Shown in pieces: positions 46,774 to 55,006 of a DNA stretch of 64,000 bases. Numbering within the stretch: the stretch's first letter is position 1; each line of letters begins with the position of its first letter. The position numbers and the translations under genes were made by a program. The stretch covers positions 765,352-829,351 of the forward strand of contig CAVVJT010000004.1 in the NCBI GenBank assembly GCA_963748625.1, given 5' to 3'. The stretch is from an uncultured Chloroflexia bacterium. GTDB lineage: Bacteria > Chloroflexota > Limnocylindria > Limnocylindrales > CSP1-4. Below the pieces are notes generated by a model. The model saw only the letters and a list, made by a program, of their open reading frames with translations, made no database searches and was not told the DNA's origin.

Positions 46774-48426
46774 ATGGCCACCGACATCACGATCCGCAAC
46801 GGGCGCATCCTCGGCCGCCACGGCGCGACGGCCGTACGCGTGAGCGGCGGGCGGATCGCCGCCGTGGGCTCGGACGACGAGGTGGGGGCGGCAGGCGACG
46901 TCCTCGACGCGCGGGGCGGCCTGGTGATGCCGGGCTTCGACGACGCCCACATCCACGTGCTCGCCGGAGCCCGCCAGCTCGCTGATGCGCAGCTCTACCC
47001 TCTCCAGACGCTCGAGGACATCGGGGAGGCCATCCGGCGCCACGCCGCGGACAACCCGGCCGCCCCGTGGGTCCTTGGTCGGGGCTGGCTCTATGCGCCG
47101 TTCCCGGGCGGCCTGCCCACCCGCGGGCAGCTTGACGCGATCGTCCCCGACCGGCCCGCCTACATGGGCTGCTACGACGGTCACTCGGCGTGGGCGAACA
47201 GCGTGGCGCTGCGCATCGCCGGGATCGACCGCACCACGCCGGATCCGCCCAACGGCGTGATCGTCCGCGACAGCGATGGCGAACCGACGGGCGCCCTGAA
47301 GGAGGAGGCCCAGCTTCTCGTGGAGCGGCACATCCCGGTCCCCACCGAGGAGGCCGACCGGGCGTCGGTGCGCGAGGCCATGGCGGGCATGCATGCGCTG
47401 GGCATCACCGCAGTCCAGGACGCCTGGCTGGACCTGCCGGAGCTCGCGTTCTGGGCACGGGTCCACGAGGCCGGCGAGCTCGACCTGCGCTTCCGGGCCG
47501 CGCTGATCATGGAGCCCGGGCAGACCCTCTCCGAGTGGCGGGACCGGCTCGACGCCTACGGATCGGCGGCCTTCGGCCTGCGCGGCGGTGACCGCCTGGA
47601 CGCCGGCATCCTCAAGGGCTTCGTGGACGGCGTCATCGAGGCACGCACGGCGGCGATGCTCGAACCCTACGAGGGCGACACGAGCCGGGGCATGCCTGCC
47701 TGGGAGCCGGCCGCGCTGGACGCCTTCGTCGCCGAGGCCGACCGCCGAGGCTGGCAGATCGAGCTGCACGCCATCGGCGACCGAGGCGTGCGCATGGCGC
47801 TCGACGCCTTCGAGCGTGCGGCCGCGGTCAACGGTCGCTGGGCCGGCGATCCCCACGGCACCGGGGCGGCGCCGGGAACGTGGGCGCGGCGTCACCGGGT
47901 GGAGCACATCGAGTGCATCAGCCCCGGCGACATCGCGCGCTTCGCCCGCCTCGGGGTGGTCGCCTCGATGCAGCCGTTCCACGGCGACCCGTCGCCCAAC
48001 CAGATCTCGGTGTGGGCCGGGAACATCGGCCCGGAGCGTGCAAGCCGGGCCTGGGCCTGGGCGTCCATCCGCGAGGCAGGCGGCAGGCTCGCGTTCGGGT
48101 CTGACTGGCCGGTGGTCCCATACGACCCGTTCATCGCGCTCAACAACGCCGTCAACCGCCAGACCCGCGACGGGCTCCCCGCGGGCGGCTGGCTCCCCAC
48201 GGAACGCCTCCCGGTCACGGCGGCCCTCGAGGCGTACACCGCGGGCAGTGCCTGGTCTGCGTTTGCGGACCACCGGCGAGGGCGCGTCGAACCCGGCTTC
48301 GACGCGGACCTGGTCGTCCTGGACCGCGACCTGCTCACGGCCGGACCATCTGCGATCATCGGCACAGGCGTGCAGGCCACCGTGCTCGGCGGCCGTCTCG
48401 TCCACCGCTCGGAGGATCTCGCGTGA
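46774..48426 (+). CDS. YtcJ-like amidohydrolase
   Basis: 'PGFDDAHIH', 'HAIGDR', 'RVEH', 'FGSDWPV', 'ADLVVLDRD'. Confidence 0.92.
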   Translation: MATDITIRNGRILGRHGATAVRVSGGRIAAVGSDDEVGAAGDVLDARGGLVMPGFDDAHIHVLAGARQLADAQLYPLQTLEDIGEAIRRHAADNPAAPWVLGRGWLYAPFPGGLPTRGQLDAIVPDRPAYMGCYDGHSAWANSVALRIAGIDRTTPDPPNGVIVRDSDGEPTGALKEEAQLLVERHIPVPTEEADRASVREAMAGMHALGITAVQDAWLDLPELAFWARVHEAGELDLRFRAALIMEPGQTLSEWRDRLDAYGSAAFGLRGGDRLDAGILKGFVDGVIEARTAAMLEPYEGDTSRGMPAWEPAALDAFVAEADRRGWQIELHAIGDRGVRMALDAFERAAAVNGRWAGDPHGTGAAPGTWARRHRVEHIECISPGDIARFARLGVVASMQPFHGDPSPNQISVWAGNIGPERASRAWAWASIREAGGRLAFGSDWPVVPYDPFIALNNAVNRQTRDGLPAGGWLPTERLPVTAALEAYTAGSAWSAFADHRRGRVEPGFDADLVVLDRDLLTAGPSAIIGTGVQATVLGGRLVHRSEDLA

Positions 48427-48824
48427 AGGGCTTCGTCATCGGGACCATCGCGACCGCGGTGGCGTTCGCGCTCATGGCCTGGCTGCTGCCCCAGGTCTCC
48501 ATCGAGCCTGGCGACGACATCGTCGGGCTGCTCGCCCTGTCGCTCGTCTTCGGCCTGGTCAACGCGTTCATCAAGCCGATCGTCAAGCTGTTCTCGATGC
48601 CGGTCACGCTCATGACCCTGGGCCTGTTCGGCCTGGTGATCAATGCCGGCCTCCTGCTGCTGGTGTCGTGGATCACGCAGTCCATGTTCAGCTTCACCCT
48701 TTCGATCGGCGGGTGGCCGCAGGACGGGCTCTCGCTCGACGCCATCGTCGGCGCATTCCTCGCCTCGATCGTCCTGACGATCATCCAGGCGGCGATCGGG
48801 CTGCTCGTGAAGGACGCCCGCTGA
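48423..48824 (+). CDS. YvlD/DUF360 (holin superfamily IV-like) membrane protein
   Basis: 'GLVNAFIKPIVKLFSMPVTLMTLGLFGLVINA'. Confidence 0.88.
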   Translation: MKGFVIGTIATAVAFALMAWLLPQVSIEPGDDIVGLLALSLVFGLVNAFIKPIVKLFSMPVTLMTLGLFGLVINAGLLLLVSWITQSMFSFTLSIGGWPQDGLSLDAIVGAFLASIVLTIIQAAIGLLVKDAR

Positions 48825-50140
48825 AGCCGGAGGGCACCCGCGCGGGGACACAGGCCGCTCCCCCGCCAGCGACGCTTCCCGCCGACGCCCTGCGCGAGGC
48901 TGCCCGGCGGTTCGGGACGCCGTGCTTCGTGACGTCCGTCGCAGGCCTGGCAGCAGCGGTCGCAGAGCTGCGGGCCGCCTTTCCTGATCCGTGGCTGCGC
49001 GCCTTCTCGCTCAAGGCGAACGATGTGCCTGCCGTGGTGGCCCGCCTGGCGGAGCTCGGCCTGGACGCGAACGTCGTGTCGTCGGGCGAGTGGGCGGTGG
49101 CCCGGGCGGCCGGTCTTCCCGACGGGCGGATCACACTGGAGGGCATCGGCAAGTCCCCGGCCGATCTCCGTGCGGCGGTGCGCGCGGCGGCGGCCGGCAG
49201 GCCCCTGCGCTGGGTGGCCGTCGAGAGTCCCGAGGAGCTGGCGGACCTGGCACGGCTGGCTGCGCGCGCCCGCCTGGCCTCCGGGGACCGGGCGCCACTC
49301 GACGTCCTCCTGCGGCTCAACCCGGACGTGACCCCCGAGACGCACGCCGGGCTCGCCGTCGGGCGCGGCTCCGCGAAGTTCGGCATGACCGGCACAGAGC
49401 TCAGCGCGGCGCTCGCAGGCCTTGCCGACGGAGGGCCGCTCCGCGCGCGCGGCATCCACCTCCACGTCGGCTCGCAGCTGGGCGCGGTGGACGCCTGGCG
49501 CGATGCCGTCCGGCGGGCCCTGGCGCTGCTCGCGCTCCTCGGGGCGGGGCGGCCCGCGTTCGACACGCTCGACCTGGGCGGCGGCTTCCCAGTTGGCGAC
49601 GAGGGCACGGTGCCGCCGCCTTCGCGGTTCGCGCGCGAGGTCGAGGACCTGCTCGAGGCGCTGCCACCAGAACGGCGCCCGCGCAGGCTGGCCGTGGAGC
49701 CCGGGCGCTACCTGGTGGCGCGGGCGGGGTGGCTCGTGGGCTCGGTGCTCCACGTGCGCCAGCGCACCGGGGATGAGCGCGTGGTGGTGCTCGACGCCGG
49801 GATGACCGAGCTGATCCGCCCGATGCTGTACGGCGCCGAGCACCCGGTGACCGCGCTGACATCACTGGGCGAGCCCGAGCCGGTGTCCGGGGCCCGGGCG
49901 ACCACGACGCCAGCCCGGCTCGATGGGCCCGTGTGCGAGAGCACCGACACCATCGGCAGGGTGGACCTGCCGCCCCTGCGCCGCGGCGACCTGGTCGCGA
50001 TCGGCTGGGCCGGCGCCTACGCCGCGTCCATGGCGATGACCTACAACGGCAGGCCCGCCGCACCCCAGGTCCTGCTGGAGGAGGACGGCACCCCGGTCCT
50101 CGGCCGGAGGCGCGGGCGCGCGACCGTCCGCGTCGGTTAG
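48821..50140 (+). CDS. lysA: Diaminopimelate decarboxylase
   Basis: 'FGTP', PLP Lys in 'SLKAN', 'AKFG', 'HLHVGSQ', 'DLGGGF', 'EPGRY', 'GPVCESTD', 'GAY...YNGRP'; CTG start at 48821 inferred. Confidence 0.85.
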   Translation: MKPEGTRAGTQAAPPPATLPADALREAARRFGTPCFVTSVAGLAAAVAELRAAFPDPWLRAFSLKANDVPAVVARLAELGLDANVVSSGEWAVARAAGLPDGRITLEGIGKSPADLRAAVRAAAAGRPLRWVAVESPEELADLARLAARARLASGDRAPLDVLLRLNPDVTPETHAGLAVGRGSAKFGMTGTELSAALAGLADGGPLRARGIHLHVGSQLGAVDAWRDAVRRALALLALLGAGRPAFDTLDLGGGFPVGDEGTVPPPSRFAREVEDLLEALPPERRPRRLAVEPGRYLVARAGWLVGSVLHVRQRTGDERVVVLDAGMTELIRPMLYGAEHPVTALTSLGEPEPVSGARATTTPARLDGPVCESTDTIGRVDLPPLRRGDLVAIGWAGAYAASMAMTYNGRPAAPQVLLEEDGTPVLGRRRGRATVRVG

Positions 50141-50152
50141 GCTGGCGACGTC

Positions 50153-51883
50153 ATGCAGACCCTGAGGTCGTTCCTGCGCCGCACCCTCTCGACCGCCGGC
50201 GTCGCCGGACTGCTCGCGCTTGCCCTCGTCCCGGCCGTGATCGCCGCCGGGCCGCCCTTCCCTGAGCCCGTGAACGACCAGGCCGTCTACGACACGGCGG
50301 GCGCGCTGGAACAGGCGACCATCGCCAAGGTCGAGGCGATGATCGACACGATCGAGCAGCGGACCGGCGCCGAGATCGTGGTCTACACGCAGTTGGTCCC
50401 CGACGGCGTCACCGAGGGCGAGGCGGAGGCGGATGCCCAGGCCCTGATGGACCAGTGGGGCGTCGGGCGCAAGGGGATCGATGACGGGCTGGTGATCCTG
50501 TTCGACCTGGGCCAGGACGACCCGTGCCACGGCCAGGTCCAGCTCTACGCGGGACCTGGCTTCCGGGCGACCTTCCTCACCAACGAGGAGCGCCAGGCGA
50601 TCTTCGAGAACGACATGCTGCCGTACCTGCGCAGCTGCAACCTCGACGCCGCGCTGCTGGCCGCGATGGGCCGCGTCAACGCGGCAGCCACGCCCGAGCA
50701 CGCGGACGAGCTGCAGACCGCGCGCCAGCTCAACGCGCTGCTGGGGCTGGTGATCGCCCCGCTGATCGCCCTGCTGTGCATCGGCGGCGGCCTCGTCCGC
50801 TGGAACCGCGCGGGCAAGGACCCGGTCTACTTGGACGATCCCTCGATCCTGATGCCCGCCCCGCCGCCCGGCCTGACGCCCGCCGCGGGCGCCGCGATCC
50901 GCGATGGATCAGTGACGCGGCGGGCCCTTACCACGGCGAGCCTCGATCTTGCCGCGCGGGGCAGGATCGGCTTCAAGGCCGAGGCCGGCGGACTGCTCGC
51001 AAGCCGGCCCGAGATCGGGGTGTACACCGGCGATGCGGTCGTCAGCGATCCCGTCGAGCAGGCCCGCCTGGCGCGCGCCCGCCGCCGGCCCATGGATGAT
51101 GGCACCCGCTTCCTGCTCACCAAGCTGACCGGTCTTGGCGGTGGACGGGGCTACGTCGAGCCTGACGACCTGCTCAAGCTCGGTGCGGATGTCGGCGAGT
51201 TCGACTCGCGCCTGGAGCGCCACCTCGTGGACCAGCGCTGGTACCGGGAGCGGCCGACGGCCGTGAAAGCACGCTGGGCCGGCCGTGGCACCGGGCTGTT
51301 CGTCCTGGGGGTCCTCGCAGTCATCCTGGGCATCAACGTGCCGTCGAGCGGCGTGGTCCTCGTCGGTGCATCGCTGATCGTGTCGGGCATCGGCGTCGTG
51401 TGGATCGGCACCGCGATGCCCGCGCGGACCAGGGAGGGCTCGGTCATCCGCGCGATGCTCGAGGCGTACCGGCGGACGCTCGAGAAGACGATGGCCCAGG
51501 CCCGCAGCATGGGTGAGGTCGCCCAGGTCTCCGCTATCCCGCTCATCGAGGGTCCCGACGACGCGGTCGTGTGGGGCGTGGCCCTCGGGCTGCAATCCGA
51601 GGTGGAGCAGGTGCTGCAGCGCTCGTCGGAGGACCTGGCCGCGGGGCGCTCGACCTACACCTACATGCCAGGGTGGTATCACGCGCCGGGCTACGGCTCG
51701 GGTGGCGGCGGGGGCTTCGCGCCGGGCCTGATGTCCTCCTCGCCCATCCCCGACTTCGGCGGGATGATGTCGGCGCTGGGGACCATCGGCAACTCGCCCG
51801 CGTCATCGGGCGGGAGCGGCGGGGGTGGGTTCAGCGGCGGTGGCTCCGGTGGCGGAGGCGGCGGCTCCGGCGGCGGGTTCTGA
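50153..51883 (+). CDS. TPM-domain / DUF2207-like membrane protein with a Gly-rich tail
   Basis: Signal peptide, 'WGVGRKGIDDGLV', 'DLAARG', C-terminal 'GGFSGGGSGGGGGG'. Confidence 0.85.
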   Translation: MQTLRSFLRRTLSTAGVAGLLALALVPAVIAAGPPFPEPVNDQAVYDTAGALEQATIAKVEAMIDTIEQRTGAEIVVYTQLVPDGVTEGEAEADAQALMDQWGVGRKGIDDGLVILFDLGQDDPCHGQVQLYAGPGFRATFLTNEERQAIFENDMLPYLRSCNLDAALLAAMGRVNAAATPEHADELQTARQLNALLGLVIAPLIALLCIGGGLVRWNRAGKDPVYLDDPSILMPAPPPGLTPAAGAAIRDGSVTRRALTTASLDLAARGRIGFKAEAGGLLASRPEIGVYTGDAVVSDPVEQARLARARRRPMDDGTRFLLTKLTGLGGGRGYVEPDDLLKLGADVGEFDSRLERHLVDQRWYRERPTAVKARWAGRGTGLFVLGVLAVILGINVPSSGVVLVGASLIVSGIGVVWIGTAMPARTREGSVIRAMLEAYRRTLEKTMAQARSMGEVAQVSAIPLIEGPDDAVVWGVALGLQSEVEQVLQRSSEDLAAGRSTYTYMPGWYHAPGYGSGGGGGFAPGLMSSSPIPDFGGMMSALGTIGNSPASSGGSGGGGFSGGGSGGGGGGSGGGF

Positions 51884-51949
51884 CGGCCGCCTTCCCCCGC
51901 GGGGACACCCGGCGGGGCCCCGTGCTCCCATCCCCGGTACACTCCGGCC

Positions 51950-52285
51950 ATGGGAGCAACCGACGTCATGGAGATCTTCTTCGAGCACCTCAACGCGGGC
52001 GACGTGACCGCCGCGGTGGCGCTCATGGACGAGCGGGTCGAGATGCGCATCCACGTGGGCGACAATGCCCGGACGCTGCGCGGCGTGGAGCAGGTCGGTG
52101 GCTGGTTCCTCCGGGCCGACAAGGGCCTCAAGATGGTCCCGGGTGACGCCCGAGACATGGGCAACACCTACCAGGCCGACCTGGTCGTCGTGCGCCCGGG
52201 CGCCCAGTCGCAGCACCTCGATGCCCAGTTCCGCGTCGAGGCCGGCAAGGTCACCAGCATCAACCTGACGCCCTTCTCCCGCTAG
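51950..52285 (+). CDS. SnoaL/NTF2-like protein
   Basis: 'FFEHLNAGDVTAAVALM', 'GVEQV', 'FRVEAGKV'. Confidence 0.7.
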   Translation: MGATDVMEIFFEHLNAGDVTAAVALMDERVEMRIHVGDNARTLRGVEQVGGWFLRADKGLKMVPGDARDMGNTYQADLVVVRPGAQSQHLDAQFRVEAGKVTSINLTPFSR

Positions 52286-52338
52286 GCCGCCGGGTCCGAG
52301 ACCCCGCGGGGGGCGAACGGCAGCCGCCGACTCCACGT

Positions 52339-52428
52339 GGAGTCGTCAGGGCATGCCCCGTACGGCGGGCGTGCAGCCAAGTCGGGTCCGGTGCACGTCG
52401 CATGCACAGAGGCCCGCTCGCTGACTCC
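52339..52428. repeat. ~90-bp imperfect palindromic element, copy 2
   Basis: GGAGTC...GACTCC termini, central GTGCAGCCAAGTCG; homologous to 22350..22440. Confidence 0.7.
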
Positions 52429-52499
52429 CATCGGGTTCAAGTGCAGCCGCGGATGCAGGCGCCGGTGCATCGCCCCGACCCCGGCTCGCCACACGCTGA

Positions 52500-53909
52500 C
52501 TAGGGGGCGGCAGAATCCTCGACGGTCCCGTCATCGACGGTCTCGTCGATGACGTCCTCCGCCGCAGGCACCGGGATCTTGATCTCCTGGCCGACCTTGA
52601 TCCTGTCGGGGTTCTTGATCTGCGGATTGGCGGCCAGGAGCTCCTCGACCGAGACCCCGAACTTCTTGGCGATCTTGGAGATCGTGTCGTTCGCCTTGAT
52701 CGTGTAGACCTGCGGCGTGGGCTCGGGCACCGGCGTGGGCTCGGGCTCCGCGGTGACCTCCGGGGTGGCGATCGGTGCGGGCGTGGAGCCGCCGCCATCG
52801 TCCTTGGTGCCGATGCCCAGCAGCATCGGGCCGATGAAGAAGAGGACGGCGGCCGCGACCACCAGCGCGATGGCTGCCAGACCGAGCGGCGGAAGGCGAC
52901 CCATGCGCGGAAGGCCGATCCGCGTGCGCAGCGAGGGATACGCCTCGAAGCGGCGGGCCGGCTCCCAGGCGGGTCCGAAGAGCTCCTGGGCGTCCTGCTC
53001 CCTGGAGCGCTTGCTGTCGGCGTCACGCGTGCCGGCTTGCGGCGCTGGCGTCCGACGCGACGCCGGTGGCTCGCGACCCGGCCCCGCCCGCTGGGCCTCG
53101 TACCGCTGGCGCGAGGACGACGAGGAGGAGGAGGGCCGGGCAGTGGCGGCTGCAACGGCGGCGGTGCCGGGACCTGCCCAATCGTCAAGGTCGTCGACGG
53201 CCGACGGTGCCGCTGCCGGCGGCGCGGGAGGTGCGGACGACGCCGGGCGCGGAGCGTATGGATCGCCGCCGGCGAACCGGTCCGCCGAGCTTCCCGCGAG
53301 GCCCCGGGAGGGGTCGGTGGGCGTGGCGGACTTCGCGGCCAGGAACGAAGGCGGTTCCACGGGTTCCGGCGCAGGGCCACGGCCGCCATCGTCGTCATCG
53401 GCGTAGCGCGGATCGTCGAGGGGCGGCAGATCCTCGTACGGGTCACCGGAGCCGTACATGGCGCCATCGTCGGGCGGCAGGTCGTCGGCCTCGGCGATCC
53501 AGGGCGGCGGAGCGGCCCAGTCACGGTGCGGAGCACGTCTCGCGGCTCCGGACGACGCGGGTGCGCCGTACTGGGGGGTCTCCGGGGGCACGGCGGGGCG
53601 CACCGCATCGACCACGGGTGGCGGGGTCGCCACCGGAGGCTCGACCGTGCGCTCCGCCGGGGCGGCGGCACCGGGCCGCGCGGCCGCAGCCTCACGGCGG
53701 GCCCAGTCCTGGAACGTGGGACACACCGGGAACGCCGAGGAGAGGCAGTAGGCCTCCTGGTGGGCAAGCGCGCGGGGCGCGGGGCGGGGCTCCGCGAAGC
53801 ACCGGTGCCGGTGATCGGCGGTGAGCGCGCGACCGTCACGATCATCGTCGAAGGCGACGAACGGACAAGCCGGTGCGCTGTCGACGGTCGGGATGCCTCG
53901 CTCGCTCAT
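52500..53909 (-). CDS. Membrane protein with an N-terminal Cys/His domain, long disordered linker, TM helix and C-terminal LysM
   Basis: LysM 'YTIKANDTISKIAKKFGVSVEELLAANPQIKNPDRIKVGQEIKIP'; TATGAT 7 nt before the ATG. Confidence 0.85.
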   Translation of the reverse strand: MSERGIPTVDSAPACPFVAFDDDRDGRALTADHRHRCFAEPRPAPRALAHQEAYCLSSAFPVCPTFQDWARREAAAARPGAAAPAERTVEPPVATPPPVVDAVRPAVPPETPQYGAPASSGAARRAPHRDWAAPPPWIAEADDLPPDDGAMYGSGDPYEDLPPLDDPRYADDDDGGRGPAPEPVEPPSFLAAKSATPTDPSRGLAGSSADRFAGGDPYAPRPASSAPPAPPAAAPSAVDDLDDWAGPGTAAVAAATARPSSSSSSSRQRYEAQRAGPGREPPASRRTPAPQAGTRDADSKRSREQDAQELFGPAWEPARRFEAYPSLRTRIGLPRMGRLPPLGLAAIALVVAAAVLFFIGPMLLGIGTKDDGGGSTPAPIATPEVTAEPEPTPVPEPTPQVYTIKANDTISKIAKKFGVSVEELLAANPQIKNPDRIKVGQEIKIPVPAAEDVIDETVDDGTVEDSAAP

Positions 53910-54012
53910 CGCCGGGATCATACCCGGCCGGCCCGGGGAGGTCGGCGCCGGCCCCGCGGACAGAGGCGTGGGGACGGGCGCGGGCAGCGGCGCGCGCACG
54001 GAGCCCAGGAGG

Positions 54013-54534
54013 TCAGGCGGGATCCCACTCCGGGACGATCGAGCCCGATCTCGCAAGGTTGGCGTTGAGGTAGGTGGGATCGCCCGTCACGTCCACCCAG
54101 TCCCCCAGCCAGTCCGGCAGCTCCACGGCCTCATCGTCGTCGCCGAGCTCCACCTCCAGCAGCACCAGGCCCGCGGGTTCGTCGAAGACGTCGATCTCGA
54201 GGACCTGCTCCCCATGGGGCACCACGTGGCGTGTCTTGCGGATCCGCCGGCGCGTGGGATCGGCCTGGGCGAGCAGCGATTCGAAGGTGGCCGCGTCGAT
54301 CACGCTCTCCTCCTCCCGGAACGCGAAGTCGCGGAGGCGTTCCTTGCGGGTGAGGCGGTGCTCGATGGCGCCGTCCGCCTTCACGATGCGGCGGACGCGG
54401 CGGCCGGGCGGCTCCCCCGCCAGGTAGACCTGCTCAAGCCGACGCGCCACGGCCCCATACGCCAGCAGCAGCTCGGCATCCGGCTCGACGCGAAGCCGGT
54501 ACTTGCGTTCGATCTCGATGCCCACATCGCTCAT
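54013..54534 (-). CDS. CYTH-domain protein
   Basis: 'EIERKY', 'IRKTR', 'EIDVF', 'EVEL', 'DVTGDPTYLNANLA'. Confidence 0.9.
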   Translation of the reverse strand: MSDVGIEIERKYRLRVEPDAELLLAYGAVARRLEQVYLAGEPPGRRVRRIVKADGAIEHRLTRKERLRDFAFREEESVIDAATFESLLAQADPTRRRIRKTRHVVPHGEQVLEIDVFDEPAGLVLLEVELGDDDEAVELPDWLGDWVDVTGDPTYLNANLARSGSIVPEWDPA

Positions 54535-54781
54535 GGCACGGATCGTAGTCGACCGGGCGCGCGGCGTGCTCATCCTCCCGGGATCACACGCCCAGCCACC
54601 ACAATCCGCGCGGTTTGGAGTGCTATTTGCATAGCCAAGTGCTGTATGTTTCTCTCAGGCGCCCGGGTCGCCCCCCACCCCGCGCCGACCAGAAATCGCG
54701 CAGCAGCACTCCACCTCAGGACCAGCCGCGCCGTGGTCGGACGCGCATCCGGCCGGCGGTCCGCACCCGGGAGGACACGCC

Positions 54782-55006
54782 TTGGGCGTCTCGCGCCGCC
54801 ACCTTATCCTCGCTGCAGCATCGCTGCCGGCGATCGTGCTCGCCCAGCGGGGCATCTCGCTCCTGGGAGACGCCATTGCCGGTGCGGCGCGGGCCGCACG
54901 TCCGGGGCCGGACGGCACCTCGGCCACCCGGTGCGCCCAGTGCGGCTCGCCGGACCACACCATGCTCGACCCGCGCTGCCCGATGGCGCCCAGGGTGCTC
55001 GGATGA
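54782..55006 (+). CDS. Small protein with a twin-arginine-like N-terminus and C-x2-C-x4-H-x6-C motif
   Basis: GGAGG RBS, TTG start; 'SRRHLI'; 'CAQCGSPDHTMLDPRC'; stop overlaps the next ATG. Confidence 0.7.
   Translation: MGVSRRHLILAAASLPAIVLAQRGISLLGDAIAGAARAARPGPDGTSATRCAQCGSPDHTMLDPRCPMAPRVLG

Noticed and set aside
48423-48824. Holin as evidence for a prophage
   Set aside because: YvlD/DUF360-type gene embedded in a housekeeping operon with lysA; no phage genes nearby.
54616-54713. CIRCE (HrcA) operator
   Set aside because: The GAGTGCT and AGCACTC half-sites are in the wrong order and about 80 bp apart rather than 9 bp.
53821-55002. Long N-terminal extension of the molybdoenzyme in the 1239-aa ORF
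   Set aside because: The Tat signal begins at 55003; the upstream part overlaps the CYTH gene and the small upstream gene and looks non-coding in that frame.
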